Shown: piece by piece, positions 33,937 through 36,331 of the stretch
How positions within the stretch are numbered: position 1 is the first letter of the stretch
Layout of the letters: each line of letters begins with the position of its first letter
DNA from: Dehalococcoidia bacterium
Lineage (GTDB): Bacteria; Chloroflexota; Dehalococcoidia; SZUA-161
Assembly (NCBI GenBank): GCA_004376205.1
Contig: SOKG01000105.1
Span: 1-36,331, forward strand
Direction: 5' to 3'
Length of the DNA: 36,331 bases
Program-made: the position numbers and the translations under genes
Notes under the pieces: generated by a model
Told to the model about the DNA's origin: nothing
What the model saw: the letters and a program-made list of their open reading frames with translations, nothing else
Database searches by the model: none

Positions 33937-33998
33937 AGTTAACCTTCTCCCAAAATCCCCCTCGAGCCCCCCTTTAGCAAAGGGGGATAAAGGGGGAT

Positions 33999-35387
33999 TC
34001 ACAGCTGCTCCTCCCTCACGCGTCCATGGGCCGATCTGGGTGTGTACCGTGCCGCCTCCACCAGCAGGGCGAGGCTGGCCAGGAAGTCATCGTGGCCGGC
34101 GGCTGGGTCGACATAGAAGTTCATCGTCTGATTGGGCCTGAAGTTGCTCTTGGCTTTCGCCATCTGGAACCAGAACTCGCGGTACTCCTCCGACCCATCA
34201 TGGGCATACATCTTGACCCGCCCGGAGTTTATCGCCGCCAGGAGGTCGAAGCCCAGCTTGGATTTGGACGCCTGGGTGAAGGTGAAGGGGTTTACCACCG
34301 ACTTACCCAGGGCTCTGGAGAGAAAGCTGGCAACTCCGGCGCCCACCCCGGTGGCGTCCACCACTGCCCTCCTCACCCGCCACACGTTCTTGAGCAGGTC
34401 TACGAGCTGGGGGTAGAGGGTGGGGTGGGGCTTGCCCGTCCACCAGTAGTGCTCCGCTATTCTTATCTTGGGCCCTATGTCGCCACTCTGTGGCGACATA
34501 GGGAATTCAAGCTCCCCGATGGTGACCACTGTCGAGTCCTGCCTGGGCTTCAGGGCGCGCAGTGCTGCGTCCTCTCCCTCTTCCGCCTCCCCGGCCAGGT
34601 CTATCCCGGCGACATAGACTCCTGCCCCGTCGGGATTGCGGCGTCGGTTGTGCCTCCCCTGTAGCTGAGCCATCTGACCCGGGTTCAAGAACCCACCGCC
34701 GCCATGTATCGGCTTGAGACAGTACTGCGTCTGAAACAGGGGATGGCTCTCCCCCAGCCGCTCCCTTTCGCCCTCAACGTAACGAAGGTAGTCCGCGTTA
34801 TACTTAGCCACCTCCTCCCAGTCGTAGCGGAAATGGCGTTTGATCCCGTCCTTCCTCTCCAGTTCGAGATTGAGCTGCTTCACCTCCTCGAGGAGCGTAG
34901 AATCATCCCAGGTAGTGCCGTAGTGAACCGTGGTCACGTTTGTCGCTGCCCCCATCGGCCTGAATTCCTTACCGTACTTCTCCTTGGACACATCCTGCGA
35001 CTCGTCCACTTCCAGGAGTATGTGCGCTGTATTCCCCACCACATTCGCCGATTCGTCGGCGGAGAGGAAGATCTGCCTGGCGTTCCCCAGCCTCACGATA
35101 TAGTTCATTTCCGTTCTCCACACGCCTGCATAGCCCCACTGGTTGAGCCTCTCTTTGAGGCGCATCATGGAGATAACCGTCTGTGGCTTGAAGGTCGGGG
35201 AGCATTTTATCGCGTTGCCTCCCCGGGCGATAAATAGGGTGAGCAGCAGCACTTCGAGCTGTGCTGAAAGCTCGTTCTTGCCCCCCTGCCGCGCGATCTC
35301 CACCGAGAAGGTCAAACCCTTTCGGTTGAGTACGCTATCGGCAACTGCTTTCGCCACTTCCAATTGATAAGGCCTCAGAGCTATCAT
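33999..35387 (-). CDS. terL: terminase large subunit
   Basis: Walker A-like VEIARQGGKNE, Walker B/catalytic HILLEVDESQD, and nuclease acidic motifs VYVAGIDLAG, VVDATGVG and HDDFLASLAL. The start is placed at ATG 35385-35387 (MIALRPYQ). The track start 35459 would overlap the upstream ORF by 50 nt. Confidence 0.88.
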   Translation of the reverse strand: MIALRPYQLEVAKAVADSVLNRKGLTFSVEIARQGGKNELSAQLEVLLLTLFIARGGNAIKCSPTFKPQTVISMMRLKERLNQWGYAGVWRTEMNYIVRLGNARQIFLSADESANVVGNTAHILLEVDESQDVSKEKYGKEFRPMGAATNVTTVHYGTTWDDSTLLEEVKQLNLELERKDGIKRHFRYDWEEVAKYNADYLRYVEGERERLGESHPLFQTQYCLKPIHGGGGFLNPGQMAQLQGRHNRRRNPDGAGVYVAGIDLAGEAEEGEDAALRALKPRQDSTVVTIGELEFPMSPQSGDIGPKIRIAEHYWWTGKPHPTLYPQLVDLLKNVWRVRRAVVDATGVGAGVASFLSRALGKSVVNPFTFTQASKSKLGFDLLAAINSGRVKMYAHDGSEEYREFWFQMAKAKSNFRPNQTMNFYVDPAAGHDDFLASLALLVEAARYTPRSAHGRVREEQL

Positions 35388-35409
35388 AGTTCGAATTGCA
35401 ATTCCGGCC

Positions 35410-35763
35410 TCAGGGCAGGTACTTGATACCCAGGGGTATTGCCAGGCCCTGTAGAACATTGCCTATGGCACTGCTCAGGGCATTCTTCTGATCGGCGCTG
35501 ATCCTATAACGGGTCATCACCAGGCGGGCCAGGGCGTTGGTTGCCGCCATGATCAGCTTCACGTTCTCCGGGTCGTTTTCCAGGAGGGACTTGATCTTTA
35601 CCCTGAGCAGGGCGATCTCATCGTCAATGCCCTCGACGCCCTGTGCCAGCTCGAAATCCAGCAACTCGGCCTCGTCCAGCGCCCTGGAGTACAAGCCCCG
35701 TTTAGCGCTGTTTTGCTTGGCCTTGGCGTTGCTTTTTCCCTTTCTTGCCACTGGGCTTGCCAT
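35410..35763 (-). CDS. hypothetical protein immediately upstream of terL (small terminase candidate by position only)
   Basis: 117 aa with a basic N-terminus (ARKGKSNAKAKQNSAKR) and a helical remainder. No motif recognised. Confidence 0.45.
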   Translation of the reverse strand: MASPVARKGKSNAKAKQNSAKRGLYSRALDEAELLDFELAQGVEGIDDEIALLRVKIKSLLENDPENVKLIMAATNALARLVMTRYRISADQKNALSSAIGNVLQGLAIPLGIKYLP

Positions 35764-35857
35764 ACTCCTTCTGCCTCGCTGTAATCGCTCCCAGAATCAA
35801 TGCATGGGCTGCCAGCTCCCACTTCTGGGTTTCAATGGCCAGTCTCAAAAGCCGCAT
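35702..35857 (-). CDS. possible 51-aa leader ORF overlapping the start of the 117-aa ORF
   Basis: My translation is MRLLRLAIETQKWELAAHALILGAITARQKEYGKPSGKKGKKQRQGQAKQR. It has the best SD in the region (GGGAGGGG, 4 nt before the ATG). It overlaps 35702-35763 in another frame. Confidence 0.25.
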   Translation of the reverse strand: MRLLRLAIETQKWELAAHALILGAITARQKEYGKPSGKKGKKQRQGQAKQR

Positions 35858-35897
35858 GGGTCCCCTCCCGGTATCTAGAGACCTTTGGAGATACAGA

Positions 35898-35927
35898 ATA
35901 TTAGTACATATGTTCTACTAATGTCAA
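35898..35927 (-). promoter_or_regulatory. promoter P1 with GAAC-N4-GTAC box filling the spacer
   Basis: The minus strand reads TTGACA TTAGTA GAACATATGTAC TAATAT, the same layout as P2. An A-rich tract (CAAAAAACGACAAAA) lies upstream of the -35. Confidence 0.55.
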
Positions 35928-36067
35928 GGGGGTTTTGTCGTTTTTTGAGCTGAAGAATGGCCTGATTGCTCGTGTACTACCACTCTGAAGGCCAGCAAGC
36001 GTAAAAATTCGCTGGATTTTTGGTCGGAAAATAGCTGTGCAGGTAAGGCTGGTTAGGATTGGGCAGG

Positions 36068-36097
36068 TTGACAAGAGTACGAATATGTGGTAAAAAT
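36068..36097 (+). promoter_or_regulatory. sigma70-like promoter facing away from P1
   Basis: TTGACA (36068-36073), then the 17-nt spacer AGAGTACGAATATGTGG (ending in TGG, an extended -10 TGn), then TAAAAAT. The 18-bp inverted repeat starts 11 nt downstream. Confidence 0.4.
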
Positions 36098-36107
36098 GTA
36101 ACCCTCG

Positions 36108-36164
36108 TGGTACTTTAGTACTTAACTAAACTTAACTAAACTTTAATTAAGTACTAAAGTACCA
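36108..36164. repeat. perfect 18-bp inverted repeat with internal 10-bp tandem repeat
   Basis: TGGTACTTTAGTACTTAA (36108-36125) and its exact reverse complement TTAAGTACTAAAGTACCA (36147-36164). CTTAACTAAA is repeated in tandem at 36121-36140. Each arm contains GTAC-N4-GTAC. Confidence 0.9.
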
Positions 36165-36251
36165 TCGGGCTGGAAGCCTGGGGTGAGAATGACGCCCTGG
36201 GCGAATTGCGGTTGCCGGGGAGACTGCGGCAGCCCCTGAGTTGACTGGACT

Positions 36252-36331
36252 TTAGAGTCCAATCTTGCGAACACTTCTAATAAAGGGCTTATCGCGGGTG
36301 GCAAACTCGGTAACCGTCTTCATGACATAAT
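36252..36331 (-). CDS. possible 3' end of a gene entering from the right edge
   Basis: The frame is open from the window edge: ..YVMKTVTEFATRDKPFIRSVRKIGL-stop (TAA at 36252-36254). This is too short to identify. It could also be a 23-aa micro-ORF or noncoding. Confidence 0.2.
   Translation of the reverse strand, partial: YVMKTVTEFATRDKPFIRSVRKIGL

Larger units (their letters stand above)
18570..36164. mobile_element. prophage-like / phage-derived particle gene region, interrupted by a 5.5-kb non-viral block (26678-32222)
   Basis: Contains terminase large subunit, portal, scaffold-like, HK97-type capsid, adaptor-like, hub/nozzle-like and fibre ORFs, all on the minus strand. The left limit is set by the last phage-like ORF, 150 bp from the nitroreductase gene. 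The right limit is arbitrary (the control-region inverted repeat), and the element may continue past 36331. Confidence 0.6.

Noticed and set aside
1-36331. CRISPR arrays, rRNA genes, IS elements or transposases
   Set aside because: There are no regularly spaced direct repeats, no rRNA-like conserved stretches, and no transposase- or integrase-like ORF in any frame of the track.

Overview
This bacterial window has two very different halves. Every family name below comes from reading motifs in the translated ORFs, not from a database search.

Positions 1-18.4 kb look like ordinary chromosome:
- a DUF364 / radical-SAM / MFS operon on the minus strand
- a small excisionase-type HTH gene
- a 1264-aa soluble six-PAS histidine kinase that also carries its own receiver and OmpR-type DNA-binding domain
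- a deletion remnant of a Zn alcohol dehydrogenase
- a tungsten-type aldehyde:ferredoxin oxidoreductase, CobO, the bifunctional FBP aldolase/phosphatase, RdgB and MoaA
- an RNase HI-MoaC fusion ORF
- a PPi-type phosphofructokinase, a class II aldolase and a ferredoxin-nitroreductase

Positions 18.57-36.2 kb are phage-derived and are the interesting part. All phage genes are on the minus strand. The terminase/portal genes (35.86 to 32.2 kb) are separated from the scaffold/capsid/adaptor/hub/fibre genes (26.68 to 18.57 kb) by 5.5 kb of cellular-type genes. That block holds a PlsY-like gene plus a GT2 glycosyltransferase, a COG1900 / NIL-ferredoxin / UPF0280 sulfide-dependent homocysteine module, and a DUF5658 gene.

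Each phage half is headed by a near-consensus promoter of identical design. In both, the spacer is filled by a GAAC-N4-GT(T/A)C box of the Cheo/LexA type. A related GTAC-N4-GTAC box recurs in an 18-bp perfect inverted repeat at the right end and again inside the cargo block.

I see no tube, sheath, tape-measure, integrase, replication or lysis genes, no rRNA or tRNA, and no CRISPR array.
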